From assembly GCF_009914755.1 (NCBI RefSeq), contig NC_060938.1: a stretch of 64,000 nucleotides of DNA; one strand, 5' to 3'. Positions 27,836 to 41,271 of the stretch are shown here, in pieces (position 1 is the stretch's first letter; each line of letters opens with the position of its first letter). The translations under genes and the position numbers were made by a program. The notes under the pieces were generated by a model that saw only the letters and a list, made by a program, of their open reading frames with translations, ran no database searches and was not told the origin of the DNA. This DNA comes from the human T2T-CHM13v2.0 reference genome, Homo sapiens.

Positions 27836-28849
27836 TTACAGGAGTAAAAAGAGGAGTTCCAGATCTTCATCCATACTTTATTTTGGCCACAGATGGTTTC
27901 AGGTTTCAAATAGCTAGCATATCAGGTTATTATTAATTAATTAATGACCCCAGGTGCTGAAGCCAACATATGAAAACTCAAATCCCAGATAAGTGCACCG
28001 GAGTCAATGACTTCAGCCTGAACGACTCTATATCTCATCACATTTGGTCTAACACCTTCACAATCCACTCCCACACATGCTTCCAAGGTTTCTATATAAA
28101 TAGATTGGCAAGATTTTCTAACTCTGTTGGAGTATGAGTTATTTCCTTCTTAAGTAGATTTTGAATCTTACTATGCTATCTATGTTTATTCTTATATTAT
28201 GAGACAGAAGACAACTTCCAATGGTGAGTTTAAGTCTCTTTATATGGCAAATGACATAGGTGCAGTAATTTAAAGGTTTATACAGGGCAAGGCTGGTGTT
28301 CTCAAAAGGGTGAGTGTGGATAGCACTGTTTCTACTAGCAAAAGAGCTTCATGGTATTTGAGAATGCATAACTTTTAGCCTCATTCATATTGTCTAGGGT
28401 GTCCCCAGTCAGACATGTAACATTAAGACTCCACTCCTTCCCCTCTAGCTCTCTTACCTTAGCTTAAGGTCCTGGTATGGTTGAGCATTTAATTAGTGTT
28501 ACAACAGCAATTCTTAACAACGAAAACATAGGTATGATCTTCAGTCATATGTGCCCTACTGTGATAGAAGATGCGATACTTCTATCAAGCTACCTTCAAA
28601 GTTTTCTTTTTTTTTTTGTTTATTTTCTGAGTTGCATACTTGCAGCCTTTAATTTCACCTTCTTCTACTGTATGTTCTCTGGGGCCATCAGAGGAAGCCA
28701 TGATATGTCTAGTTATGTTTGTCACCATAGTGACTAATTGCCATGGCTACTTGATATCCCCATACTTTGTTCTTCATCTACATGCCATCTCATGCACCAT
28801 CAGTGATAATTTGAATAATAATGATTTCACCATATTTACAAACATGCCA

Positions 28850-29180
28850 TTACCCTTCAGAAAGGAGGCTACCCACATGCTTCTCAATGAAGGCTCCCAG
28901 AATCTCTCCTTCCAAGGGGCTGTCCTGAAGTCACTCCAGCTTTCCAAGACTGTATCAGTCAGGGCCCTGGCAGAAGTCCTACAGACTTGACACAGTATCG
29001 CTAAATATCATGAACTTACTCCCTTACTGCCATTCAGACTTTTGCTATGCCTCCCAATTGTCAAACCCAAGTAGGAGCCAGAGGGTAGGAGGGCTGGTTG
29101 GTGTGGTGCACAAATATTCCTAAGACACAGAGCAGAGTGGAGGATGAATCTGGAGGGGAAAATGGAAGACATTCAACACA
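28850..29180 (-). mobile_element. MLT1J/K-like LTR remnant
   Basis: ggagccagagggtaggagg...cagagcagagtggagga...atctggaggggaaaatggaagacattcaacaca. Confidence 0.5.
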
Positions 29181-29364
29181 TCTGCAATCTGAGTTCTAAA
29201 CACAGTATTTGACTTTCAATTTTCTTTCATGAGAAGAAAATCATAACAATATTCATTGTAAAAATTACAATATACATGCTGACATCTGCTTTTACTTTTT
29301 CACTAAAGTGCAGAAAACAAACAAACATCTGTCTAACATAATAGAAATCTGAGAAATCCCAAAG

Positions 29365-29687
29365 CTTTTTTCTTTTTTTTTTTTTTTTTTTTTGAGACGG
29401 TATCTCACTCTGTTGCCCAGACTGCAGTGCGGTGGCATGATCTCAGCTCACTGCAACCTCTGCCTCCAGGGTTCAAACAATTCTCTGCCTTAGCCTCCTG
29501 AGTAGCTGGGAATACAGGTGCCTGCCACCAGGCGCGGCTAATTTTTTTTGTATTTTTTTTTTTTTTCTTAGCAGAGATGGGATTTCACCATCTTGGCCAG
29601 GCAAGTCTTTAACTCTTGACCTCGTGATCCACCCACCTCGGCCTCCCAAAATGCTGGGATTACAGGCATGAGCCACCTTGCCCGGCC
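29365..29687 (-). mobile_element. AluS (Sg/Sx-type) with an expanded middle A tract
   Basis: Poly(T), gagacggtatctc...gcccggcc; full dimer. Confidence 0.92.
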
Positions 29688-29694
29688 CCAATAC

Positions 29695-29965
<271 letters not shown>

Positions 29966-30437
29966 ACATTTTCTTGTATATTTTAAGTCTACAATTGAGA
30001 GTTTTCCATCCACTTATCACAACAATATTGACAATAAGACTTTTTAAAATAAGAGAATAAAAAGACAAAAATGTACTAATTTAATTATGGTCTCTTAAAA
30101 ACTATAAGGTGCCTCACAATTATCTTACTACATTACATATCTGACAACTAGTTTTATTCATAGAACAGAAATAGATGTTTAGATATATAAAATGTATCTA
30201 CTTTAAAAGGGTGTAACTTTTGGGGAATGAACATATTTTTTCTTAACTGGCCAAGAATGTCAGTAATATATTGTATTAAAACAGATTGGTTGTTGACCTT
30301 CAAGAAGATGTGATCTTTATGAAAGACAAAGTTCATGTAAGCAAAGAAAATATAATGAACAAAAGCCATTATCTCTATAAACAGTGACTCCAGGGACAGA
30401 AAGAGAGAGTTGGTCGTCCCACAGTAAGCAGATCTAT

Positions 30438-30859
30438 GGAAACTTACTTCCTGGAGACCAAGGGAGCTGAGAGGCTGAAGAAAGAGTCTGACAAATCCAG
30501 TTTCTTGGAAAGAAATATTTAGTACGATCTCATGAACAGAGGCCATGTCTCAGGTTGTGGCAAGATGTGATGGCAAAAGCCAGTGTGGTTGCCCCTCGGA
30601 TCCAGGGCTTATACCATAAGGAAATGGTACGTGTGCTTCAGAAGGGATGTGTAGAACAATGCTTGAGGGCAGGATTTATGGTAATTTACAATAACATCCA
30701 GGATTGTTTTGATGTAAGGGCAGGATTTATGGTAAGCATGCACTCTTACACAGGAAGAGTAGATAAAATAGAAATCTGAGGGATGTTCTCAGAACTGGGG
30801 TTAATCAGAAGTTAACATCATGGATTAACATCTAAGATTGAGTTGCTTTAGCCTCCACA
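30438..30859 (-). mobile_element. LTR47-like solo LTR
   Basis: The minus strand begins tgtggaggctaaagcaactcaatcttagatgttaatc...ttctgattaaccccagttc; internal repeat agggcaggatttatggtaa x2. Confidence 0.7.
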
Positions 30860-30923
30860 GGTTTGATACTTTTTATATCAAAATAAAATGAACCAAATTC
30901 AATGATGGAATGTATATAAGACT

Positions 30924-30986
30924 GTGTGTCTCCCTCTCTCTCTCTCTGTCTGTGTGTATGTGTTTGTGTGTATGTATATATATGTA
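30924..30986. repeat. Compound (TC)/(TG)/(TA) microsatellite
   Basis: Direct reading. Confidence 0.8.
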
Positions 30987-32471
30987 TTTTTTTCATCAAC
31001 AAGATTACTGACTTTTTCATGTTGTATCCCTTTTATCTTTAAAAATACATTTAATACATTTTTGGAAAACAAGAAACACATTTGTGGAAGAAATTACTTT
31101 TTCACTCAGGAATAAAAACAGTGATATTTTAACATGAAAACATTGGAGAAGGGAAAGGAAGAGATGTTAAGGTTATGGCAATTCATTTATATACAGTCTA
31201 CCATTTTTCAATAAAATAGTTTCTCCTGAAATTTCATTTAAAATAAAATGGTAGAAACTTGCTTTTTGTAAAATTTTATATACTTATTGTCAGTTAAGAA
31301 AAAAATCTCTCATGTGAGAATAGTAGAGAGAATCCATGCAGAGGCAATCAAAAGATATTTCATTTCGTAAGGGGAACTGTTACCCAGCTCTAGCTGTCAC
31401 CACAGGAGTTTTCGAGCTGGAGGCATATGTTTAGCTGTAACTTAGAAAATACATAAAATAGCATCCTTGTCTAAAACCTCAGAAGCAATCCAATTTTATT
31501 TTCCAATGAGTTTTTACAAAAACAAAGTATATCTAAAATATATAGCAACATCTATATATTATAAACCTAATTAAAAGAATTTTTTTTAATGGAGGGGAGA
31601 AGAGGTCATGATGTAGCTGCCTTTTGGTGAGAATATCACAACTTAATGGTGATTTGACCTATGTATTAAAATATTAAAACAAAATAACAGTATTGTTCAA
31701 TTCAAACATCCAAGGAAGTTAATTGGTCAAATTTCTTTATGGCTTTATTTGAGGTCCAATTTTTCAAATTATAACAAACATATTCATAAATAACTAAATA
31801 TAAAACTAGCTACTTTGGTTTAGGAATGGTCTTCTGGTTGGCTGGATGAAAAACAGAATGTATATAACAAAACAAGGCCAAGAATTTTTATCATAGTCTA
31901 CCTTATTTTCTAGTGAATCATTTTTATTCCTACAAAGATGCAATCACATTTTAAATTTATCATAGCTTTTCTTGGATTGCTTCTTTCTTAATATAGAATT
32001 CAATGAGTCACTTGCTTAGGTGGAAAGAAAATCAATACTGCAAATATAGTCAATTTTTTTACAGAAATTCCTAAGAGAAATTATTCTATGGTCCAATAAA
32101 TTTCTTAGTGAAGAAATACATTCCATTACTTAGTATAAATATGTACTTAGTCATTTTACCCCATAAACTCAATTATATTGCAACCCTGTCTTAACAGTGT
32201 AAACTTTTTTCTTTTCTTCTCTGTGGAGCAGAATTTTAAATTACCACTCATTGTATTCTCATGTACCTTCCATTTAGGACCAAAAACTATCAATGTAAAG
32301 ATTTCTCTTTAAAACTAACAGCTATAAAAATCAACATAAAAGGAAGTATACTCATGATTTGCAGCATTATCAGATTCTGAAAAACAATCTTTAAATGGAT
32401 TCTTAACAAGAAGGTTTTGTCACAACTGCTAAATTTGAGTTTCTGAAATGCTGTAACCAATAAAATCGTTG

Positions 32472-32741
32472 GAACACATGGACACAGGAAGGGGAACATC
32501 ACACTCTGGGGACTGTTGTGGGGTGGGGGGAGGGGGGAGGGATAGCTTTAGGAGATATACCTAATGCTAAATGACGAGTTAATGGGTGCAGCACACCAGC
32601 ATGGCACACGTATACATATGTAACTAACCTGCACATTGTGCACATGTACCCTAAAACTTAAAGTATAATAATAAAATAAAATAAAATAAACAATTCCATG
32701 TCAAAAAAAAACAATGAAAAAATAATAATAATAATAATAAA
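32472..32741 (+). mobile_element. L1PA3-like 3'-end insertion with a bipartite A-rich tail
   Basis: gaacacatggacacaggaagggg...gatagctttaggag...gacgagttaatgg...aaagtataat, (taaaa)n, caattccatgtc, then a second A/(aat)n tract. Confidence 0.9.
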
Positions 32742-33224
32742 TTGGATAATTGTTATTTTGACCTAGTAGAGAACTAGTAATCTACATTTTAAAAACACCT
32801 AGTTAGTTAGAAGTGTTACTATTTCTTCAGCAAGATCCATGGTAGAAAATACCAAGTCCAAATCACAAGGGTCAAAAAATGATACTGATGCTTCGCAAAC
32901 ATCCTCTGGTAGTAACTGTTTCTCTTGTAAAGATTATAAAAAGTGAAGGAATTACCTGGTAATGTTATGTGAAATTTTTTATTCACTTGGCAGTTATACT
33001 TAGCAGTGCAAATTAATGTATTTTTAAGATTTAAAAAAACAACATTTAGAATTTAATTTGCCATGTCTGTAGTCACACAGCACAGTCACTTCTGGATGAA
33101 TTAAAATCAATTTTATGAATCTGCACATTTAAAGTACTAGATGTGTATGGATCACAAGAAAGTACTCAAAGCTTCTTGGATCTTGTCTGAGACAGCAAGA
33201 TGGCTTCCTGTCTTTTTTAACCTT

Positions 33225-34500
33225 TGATGCATTCACTCTTTCAGCAAATATAGAGCATGTGTTCTAGGCAGTAGTCTACACTTAAAACACAAAACAGGAT
33301 GGGCAGACATGAACACAACCACAGTTAGTAAAATGTTTTATAACAAATATTATCAAAAATAGTGAAAGTTAAAAAAAATGATTATTCTACCTGGCAGTGA
33401 GAAGTTTGCTAGATGAGGATCAGAGAAAGCTTTCTAGGAAAAGACATATTTTAGCTGAGTCTTAAAAGATGAAAGTATGGATGAAGTACTGTTGTGTGAA
33501 AAGGTATATGTAATAAGATGTTAAAATCAAGGTTTTGACTGTAGCAAAAATAGGTGACCACAAAAGATAATTAGATGATTCTCAAGCCCCTAACTCCATC
33601 CAGGGTATGAAAAGGGTCGAGAATTGTTGAGTTAGGGAAGTGAGTTGCTTCAGAAAAAAGTGGGCTGTGAGTCCCACCTTTAAGTCCATATCCCTAACTA
33701 AGAGGAAGCATGCATAGTTATTTTGACATCTCTGAAATCAGAATATATCTTAAAATCAATAGTACATGATCTATTTTTGGTGGCGTATTGTTTTTCTTCG
33801 TGAAATATAAATTACTAGAGACTCTTACAATCAATGGCTTCTCAGTTTCAGTGAAATCTGGTAATGAAGGATTTATGAAGAGAATAATGAGAAAGAACTG
33901 CCTGATTGCTACTCATGATAATCAGTCTCCACTTCCCAACTCATGTGAAGGGATATGTTACATCTCTCTTCACTTCTGTCTAGAGAGGGATGTTAAAGAG
34001 ACCACTGATAAGTCTGCTATGTTTCTTTGAACTTAGTGGACTCATATAACTAGGGTCTGATTCAAACTTAAAGGGAGACAGACAGTTGGTTGAGAGAGAA
34101 TAAATTGAATGTAGTATGCATCTCCAGAGTGTTTCCCGTGGATTTATGTTGGACCGCAGGCTAGCACAGGGTCACTTTACAATCCTCCAAGGGGCAGGCT
34201 GGAGGGCTATGGCAGGCTCAGGAAATGACTGCTAATCCAGTGTGCCAGAGTAGAGGACAAATGAGATAAAGGTGGGAGAATAAATTAGATAGGCAAGTTG
34301 AGCCCAAACTGCAAAAATCCTTAACTTTTCATGTTTAAGAATTGGGTATTGATCCTCTAGGCATTGGAGAAACAGCTTAGTGAGCAAAGAATAATATAAC
34401 CTGATCTCTGTTTTTTAAAAGTCTGCCATAGCATGATGAGTGAACAGGGGGGATGTGAATCTGAAGACAGAAAATGAAAGCAACAATTGTTTAAAACTGT
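33225..34500 (-). mobile_element. L2 fragments (~33225-33520 and ~34250-34500)
   Basis: cattcactctttcagcaaata...; atcagagaaagctttctagg...agctgagtcttaaaagatga; tgatctctgttttttaaaa. Confidence 0.5.
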
Positions 34501-35971
34501 TTTGCTCAAACTAGTTTGGATGTCAGGAAGTAACATAAAGTGAAAAAAATCAAATTCTTTGGGAAAATTCAAGAGGTAAACTGTTTTAGACAAGATTTTA
34601 CCTATTATGTGTTTTCACTGAAGGTGGTGTTCTTTCTCTTCCTATCTTAAAACATTCATTTTAAATGGAATGGTTTTGCAAAAGTCAGTGACATACATTT
34701 GTTTTTTTTATCTATGGTGGTATCAAGATCTCTTTCATTTTTCAGTTTGAATTTATATAATTATTTTCTACAATGCATATTCTTACCGTCTTTGTGGCAT
34801 AAATATATGTATGCCTATAGACCACAAGATGTGGTTTTAAAAGTGTTATAATAATGTTTAAATACCCAAATGTTTTATTATTTTTATTAAATAATTCTTT
34901 AATAAAAAGTATTTTGAGACACGTCACTTACATAAAATTTGTTGCATTTTTAATGTAGCTATCATGTTGTCAGAAACATAAAATTGCTAAAGATACATTA
35001 GACCTCTGATTATACATCTTGTTTTACAAATTCCTCCCACTGTCTCCTGAAAAGTATATTTTAACTAGTAAAAACATAGCAACTCTTCACAAAAACCTGC
35101 TAGCTTTTCCTCTAATTTTTATTAATGAATGTACTGTTAATTTATCATATCAAATCTTTTTTAAATTGGACAATTTTGTTAAGCAGTGAAAATAGTACTT
35201 TTGCCTTTTTTTAATCAGGCATAAAGTCTATTACATATTTTTGTAAATTTCTCAATGGCATGCCCATATATTTAGTATTTTGTTGTTTAAAAAAGTAATT
35301 TCAAATATCTCACAAAATTGTTGTACATGCATCATAGGTAACAATACCTCTGAGTTTCACTCTCTAATCAACAGTCAAGTAAATGGAATTTTTTAATTCT
35401 TGAAAGAGATTTACCTAGAATCACATAATTATTAAATTATATATTTATACACAATGCATTTGAGTCACTATCTTTTATTGTTGAAGCTACTGTCTTAGCT
35501 TGAAATAAACTATTAGATTCTGATAATCTGAACAAAAGCTCAAGTCTTATCTAAGTTTGTTAACCTTTATACGACTATGAGTGGCAAATAAATTCTTGTT
35601 CTAGAAGAAACTCCTATGGATTGGTGGTAGCTATGGCATTGAAGCTTACCAGGATAAGTGAAGGAATTCTGGTAAGGGCATAATTCAAAGTGGTTAATTA
35701 TTACAAAGTATTGGCTAGTCACATACTTTATCATTTTTAGGCTAAAAGCTTTATCCCATAACATCAAGACATATGAAATATTAGCCTATGTTATTTATCA
35801 TGTTTATAAGTTTCACTAATTCCACAAACATTTGCTTTATCCCAGGTAAATTAATCAGCCAGTCTTGAAGCTTCATCTGGCAGACCTGCATTCGTCCATC
35901 CATCCATTCATTAAGAAAAGTATTAGGAACCCAGGTGCCATGTGTCCAGGAATGACAAAGACAAGGGTCCT

Positions 35972-36257
35972 TGATATGGTTTGGCTGTGTCCCCACCCAA
36001 ATCTCACCTTAAATTGTAGCTCCCATAATCCCCACATGTCATGAGAGGGACCCAGTGGGAGGTAATTGAATCATGGGAGTGGATTTTTCTTGTACTGTTC
36101 TCTTGATAGTGAATAAGTCACATGAGATCTGATGTTTTTATAAAGGGGAGTTACCCTACACACATTATTTTGCCTGCTTCCATGGAAGACATGACTTTGC
36201 TCCTCCTTCAACCTCCGCCATGATTGTGAGGCCTCTCGCCATGTAGAACTGTGAGTC
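35972..36257 (+). mobile_element. THE1B-like LTR lacking its last ~75 bp
   Basis: tgatatggtttggctgtgtccccacccaaatctcacctt...ccatgtagaactgtgagtc, then an abrupt switch. Confidence 0.9.
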
Positions 36258-36592
36258 TACAGGAATTTATTTTCTCATAATCCTGGAGGTTAAAAGTCAA
36301 AGTTCAAGATATAGGCAGATTTGGATATTCTGAGGCCTCTCTTTTTGGCTTGCAAATGTCCACTTATTCACATATTATTCCTCTGAGCATAGACATCACT
36401 GCTGTCTCTCAGTGTATCCAAATTTCCTCTTTTTATAAGGATACCAACAAGCATGCATTAAGACTCATCCTAATAGCCTCATTCTAACTTAATTGCCTCT
36501 TTACATATCTCCAAGTATGGTTACATTCTGAGGCACTCATCATTAGGACTTCAACTTATGAATTTAAAGGAGACACAATTCAGCCCACAGCA
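36258..36592 (-). mobile_element. MLT1A-like LTR lacking its 3' ~55 bp
   Basis: aatttattttctca...ctggagg...ttaggacttcaacttatgaatt...gacacaattcagcccacagca. Confidence 0.8.
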
Positions 36593-38581
36593 ATATTACA
36601 TATTGCTGGTGTATATCTGTAAGTAAATGGCATACAAATACCTATACATTTGAGTACCAGTTATTTTCACTGAGAGGGTTGGACATGGAGAAACTGCTTT
36701 TGATTTTTGAGGATAGAAGCTTACCTTACATTTTTGTTACATTGTGGAGGACATAGAAAAATATTGTGATAAAATCAGATTGTATTTGGTTCAGAGCTTT
36801 TCTTGTTGAATAGAACAATTGAACTTATATGATGTTATCATCATAATTGTATTTTTAAATTTTTTATAATTTATTCAAAGACAAGGACAATTAAATAAAT
36901 GAATAATATTTATTTACCAAAAATTCTAATTTTACTACCATGTATGTGAATTGCTACTTGATCTTGTGACCTGACTTAGATAGTCCAAAGTTAGGGGCAC
37001 CATATTTGCAAGGTGGAACATGCTTCTGCAATAGTGCAGACTCAAATACTTTTAAGGACCAGTAGGTATGGAAAAGAAGTGAAGCAAAAGGCTAACAAAC
37101 TACAGGGAATGATGGGAACTGTAGTAGGTTAGTTGTGTATAACCTAATGCATAAAATTTAAAATCCTTTAAAAATATGTTATGCTAAACAAATACACGAG
37201 ACATGGTCTCTGATCATTTAATATCACAATTTTCTTGGCTTATTTCTATTATAATGAATTAGTAAATGTGTACTAAACAATAAAGTTATGCTATGCTGGA
37301 AAACAAAGATAAGGTCTTGAAGATATACATTAAAGGCATATTCTTCTTAAAAACATTTACATGTTGCTTTCAAAATTTTACATTTATCTAACCCATAAGT
37401 CTATTTTTCCCTCTTCTACATAATAATGACTACATGATTAAATGCATTTTAGGATTTTTACATTCGTAAATAATCTTGTCTTTCTGATGAGCATGTGTGT
37501 TGGTTTTATAAATACTTTACAATTTAAAATTTAAAAGTGCCATATTTGCCTATGATGTGAGAAGTTTCTTTTTTTTTTTTTTAGTTATCAGTGGGAATTA
37601 TACACATTTTCTTTTGTCGCTACAAGCTACCACCTTATATGGCATCTACTAAATGATTCATATTTAGCATAGATAAATTGAATAAGAAATATAAATGATA
37701 ATTCCATTCCTTTAGGAAATAAGATCACTTTCCTTTTTAAATTTCACTCTTTGCGAGTCTATCAGCCAAAATCGTCAAAAAAAAAACCACTGTTAGTATA
37801 AATGTCCCGTGGGATTTTATCACTATCTAGCTAACCAAAATAGGAAACACTAATGGGTTTTCTGAGAAAGATTTATATACAGCATCAGCTACTTTAAAAG
37901 GCAAGGTACATTTATAACATCTTTTATGTACCAGTGTACCTTTTGAATATACATCATGTTTTGGGGATAAAAGACTTTAAATGTAAGTATTCAAATAAAA
38001 TCAGGTTATTGATTCATTCAACAGCCGATCTGCTACCTCATAATTGCATTTTATGAAAACCATTGTGTCAAATACTTGAAGCTGTTCATCCCAATTTTAA
38101 AAATAGCAAAATATACCATGAAAGAATGACAAATCTGGAATCAATGGTGTGAACTGAAAACTCAAGTATATTTCTAATCCTTTTGGAAATCCTTGATCAT
38201 TTCAATTGCCATGTAGGATAAAGAAGTTCAATGACTATCAAAATAATTCTAGATAATACTTTGCTTGGGGAAATTTAGAAACTTATGCTGATTTAAACGT
38301 ATATTACTTTCCCCTTTTAACTGGAGTTTATCCCTCTGTTTCTATGTAAATAAACAAAATCAAGTCAGATACACATCAGTTATTAATCTCCTGATTTTAG
38401 CATTTCTGCTCTTTGCAAATTTACGTTGATCTCTGCCACTTTATCCTTTTCATTCCCTGAATTTTGAAGAAAATCACTATTAACTATGTTTAAATAAAAC
38501 CAGTACCAAACACTACCTCAGATATCTCCCTTCATATAACAGGAACAACATTCTAGGGACAACTATGCTATTTTAAATTCC

Positions 38582-38605
38582 AATTAATTAATTAATTAAT
38601 TAAAT
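38582..38605. repeat. (AATT)5 microsatellite
   Basis: caattaattaattaattaattaaatt. Confidence 0.85.
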
Positions 38606-39010
38606 TTTGCTACATACCTAGGCTCCAAATCAATTGTGAAAGTAATAGATTAGACCCATGTACAGATGAAAAAACACATGAATCTACGTGTTCACTTCAA
38701 AACACTTTGGAAAAAAATGTTTGAGTTGGGAACTTGAAGGTCTTGATCAAGATATATTAAAGACTCCTATTGGTTTTACCAGTTTTTATACACAGATCTA
38801 GACTTCCCAATTCCCTAAGAGTTGAAGTCAATGAACACTGGTATGAATCACACTGGACAGATTTTCAAAGCAAAATGTAGCTAAATAAATATAGTGTTTC
38901 ATCTTATTTTTTCTCCTCCCTTAAAACAATATGCTTATTAACTAAATCCCAAAATATTCTAGGTTGTTTTATCAAATTCAAACAATGCTGAAGCATATCA
39001 AGAAAATAAC

Positions 39011-41271
39011 TGTATTAGTTCGTTTTCACACTGCTGATAAAGACATACCTGAGACTGGGCAACTTACAAAATAAAGAGGTTTAATGGACTTATCATTCCA
39101 CATGGCTGGAGAAGCCTCACAATCATGGCCGAAGGCAAGGAGGAGCAAGTGATGTCTCACATGGATGGCAGCAGTCAAAGAGACAGAGGGAGCTTGTGTG
39201 GGGGAACTCCTCTTTTTAAAACCATCAGATCTCATGAGACTTATTCACTGTCATGAGAACAGCAGGGAAAAGACTTCCCTCATGATTCAGTTACCTCCCA
39301 CCTGGTCCCTCCCACAACATGTGGGATCAAGATGAGATTTGGGTGGGGACACAGCCAAACCTTATCTTTCTGCCCCTGACCCCTCCCAAATCTCATGTCC
39401 TCACATTTCAAAACCAGTCATGCCTTCCCAACTGTCCTCCCAAATCTTAATTCATTTCAGCATTAAGTCAGAAGTCCAGAGTCCAAAGTATTTGTACTGA
39501 GACAAGGCAAGTCCCTTCCGCCTATGAGCCTGTAATATGAAAAGCAAGTTAATTACTTCCTAGATACAACGGGGGTACAGGCATTGGATAAATGCAGCCA
39601 TTCCAAATGGGAGGCATTGGCCAAAAGAAAGGGGCTACAGGCCCCAAGCAAGTCCAAAATCCAGTGGGTCAGTCAAATCTTAAAGCTCCAAAATGATCCC
39701 CTTTGACTTCATGTCTCAAATCCAGATTATGCTGATGCAAGAGGTGGGTTCCTATGGTCTTGGGCAGCTCTGGCCCTGTGGCTTTCCAGGTACAGCCTCC
39801 CTCCTGGCTGCTTTCATGGGCTGGCACTGAGTGTCTGTGAGTTTTCCAGGCACACAGTACAAGCTGTCAGTGAATCTACCATTTTGAGCTCTGGAGGATG
39901 GTGGCCCTCTTCTCACAGCTCCACTAGGCAGTGCTTCAGTACAGACTGTGTGGGGGATCTGACCCCACAGTTCCCTTCCACAATGCCCTAGCAGAGGTTA
40001 TCCATGAGGGCCCCCACCCCTGTAGCAAACTTTTGCCTGGTCATCCAGGCATTTCCACACATCTTCTGAAATCCAGGCAGAGGTTCCCTAACTTCAATTC
40101 TTGACTTCTGTGCACCCGCAGACTCGCTGCCAAGGCTTGGGGCTTCCACCCTCTGAAGCAACAGCCCAAGCTGTACTATGGCCCTTTTTAGTCATCGCTG
40201 GAGTGGCAGAGATACAGGGCACCAAGTCTCTAGCCTGCACTCAGCACTGGGACCCTGGGCTTGGCCCACGAAACCATTTTCTCCTAAGCCTCCTCGCCTG
40301 TGATGGGAGGGGCTGCCATGACCTTTTGACATCCCCCGGAGACAATTTTCCCCATTATCTTGGGGATTAACATTTGGCTCCTCATTGCTTATGCAAATTT
40401 CTGCAGCTGGCTTGAATTTCCCCTCAAAAAAATGGGTTTTTCTTTTCTACTGCATCATCAGACTGCAAATTTTCTGAACTTTTATACTCTGCTTCCTTTA
40501 TGAAACTGAATGCCTTTAGCAGCACCTAAGTCACCTCTTGAATGCTTTGCTGCTTGGAATTTTCTTCCACAAGATACCCTAAATCATCTCTTTCAAGTTA
40601 AAAGTTCCACACATCTCTAGGGCAAGGGCAAAATACCAGCAGTCTCTTTGCTAAAACATAACAAGAGTCATCTTTGCTCTAGTTCCCAACAAGTTCCTCA
40701 TCTCCATCTGAGACCACCTCAGCCTGGACCTTATTGTTCATATCACTATCACCATTTTTGTCAAACCATTCAACAAGTCTCTAGGAAGTTCCAAACTTTC
40801 CCACATTTTCCTGTCTTCTTTTGAGCCCTCCAAACTGTTCTAACCTCTACTTGTTACCCAGTTCCAAAATCACTTCTACATTTTCAGCAATGCCCCACTC
40901 TACTGGTACCAATTTACTATATTAGTCCATTTTCATGCTGTTGATAAAGACATACCTGAGACTGGGCAATTTACAAAAGAAAGAGGTTTAATTGGACTTA
41001 TAGTTCCATGTGGCTGGGGAGGCCTCCCAATCATGGCAGAAGGCAAGGAGGAGCAAGTCATGGCTTACATGGATGGCAGCAGGCAAAGAGAGAACTTGTG
41101 TAGGGGAACTCCTCTTTTTAAAACTATGAGATCTCATGAGACTTACTAACTGTCATGAGAACATCAGGGGAGAGACTTGCCCTCATAATTCAATTACCTT
41201 CCAGCGGGCCCTCCCACAACATGTGAGAATTCAAGATGATATTTGGGTGGGGACACAGCAAAACCTTATCA
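39011..41271 (-). mobile_element. Complete THE1A MaLR element: LTR 39011-39367, internal region ~1.55 kb, LTR 40918-41271
   Basis: Two homologous LTRs (t(g/a)tattagt...aaaccttatc) with the THE1A motif ggaggagcaagt...catggatggcagcag, flanking THE1-int. Confidence 0.93.

Noticed and set aside
30284-30428. Two small plus-strand exon-like segments ending in gtaagc
   Set aside because: The acceptors lack good pyrimidine tracts, the donor exon ends are weak, and the peptides are unrecognised.
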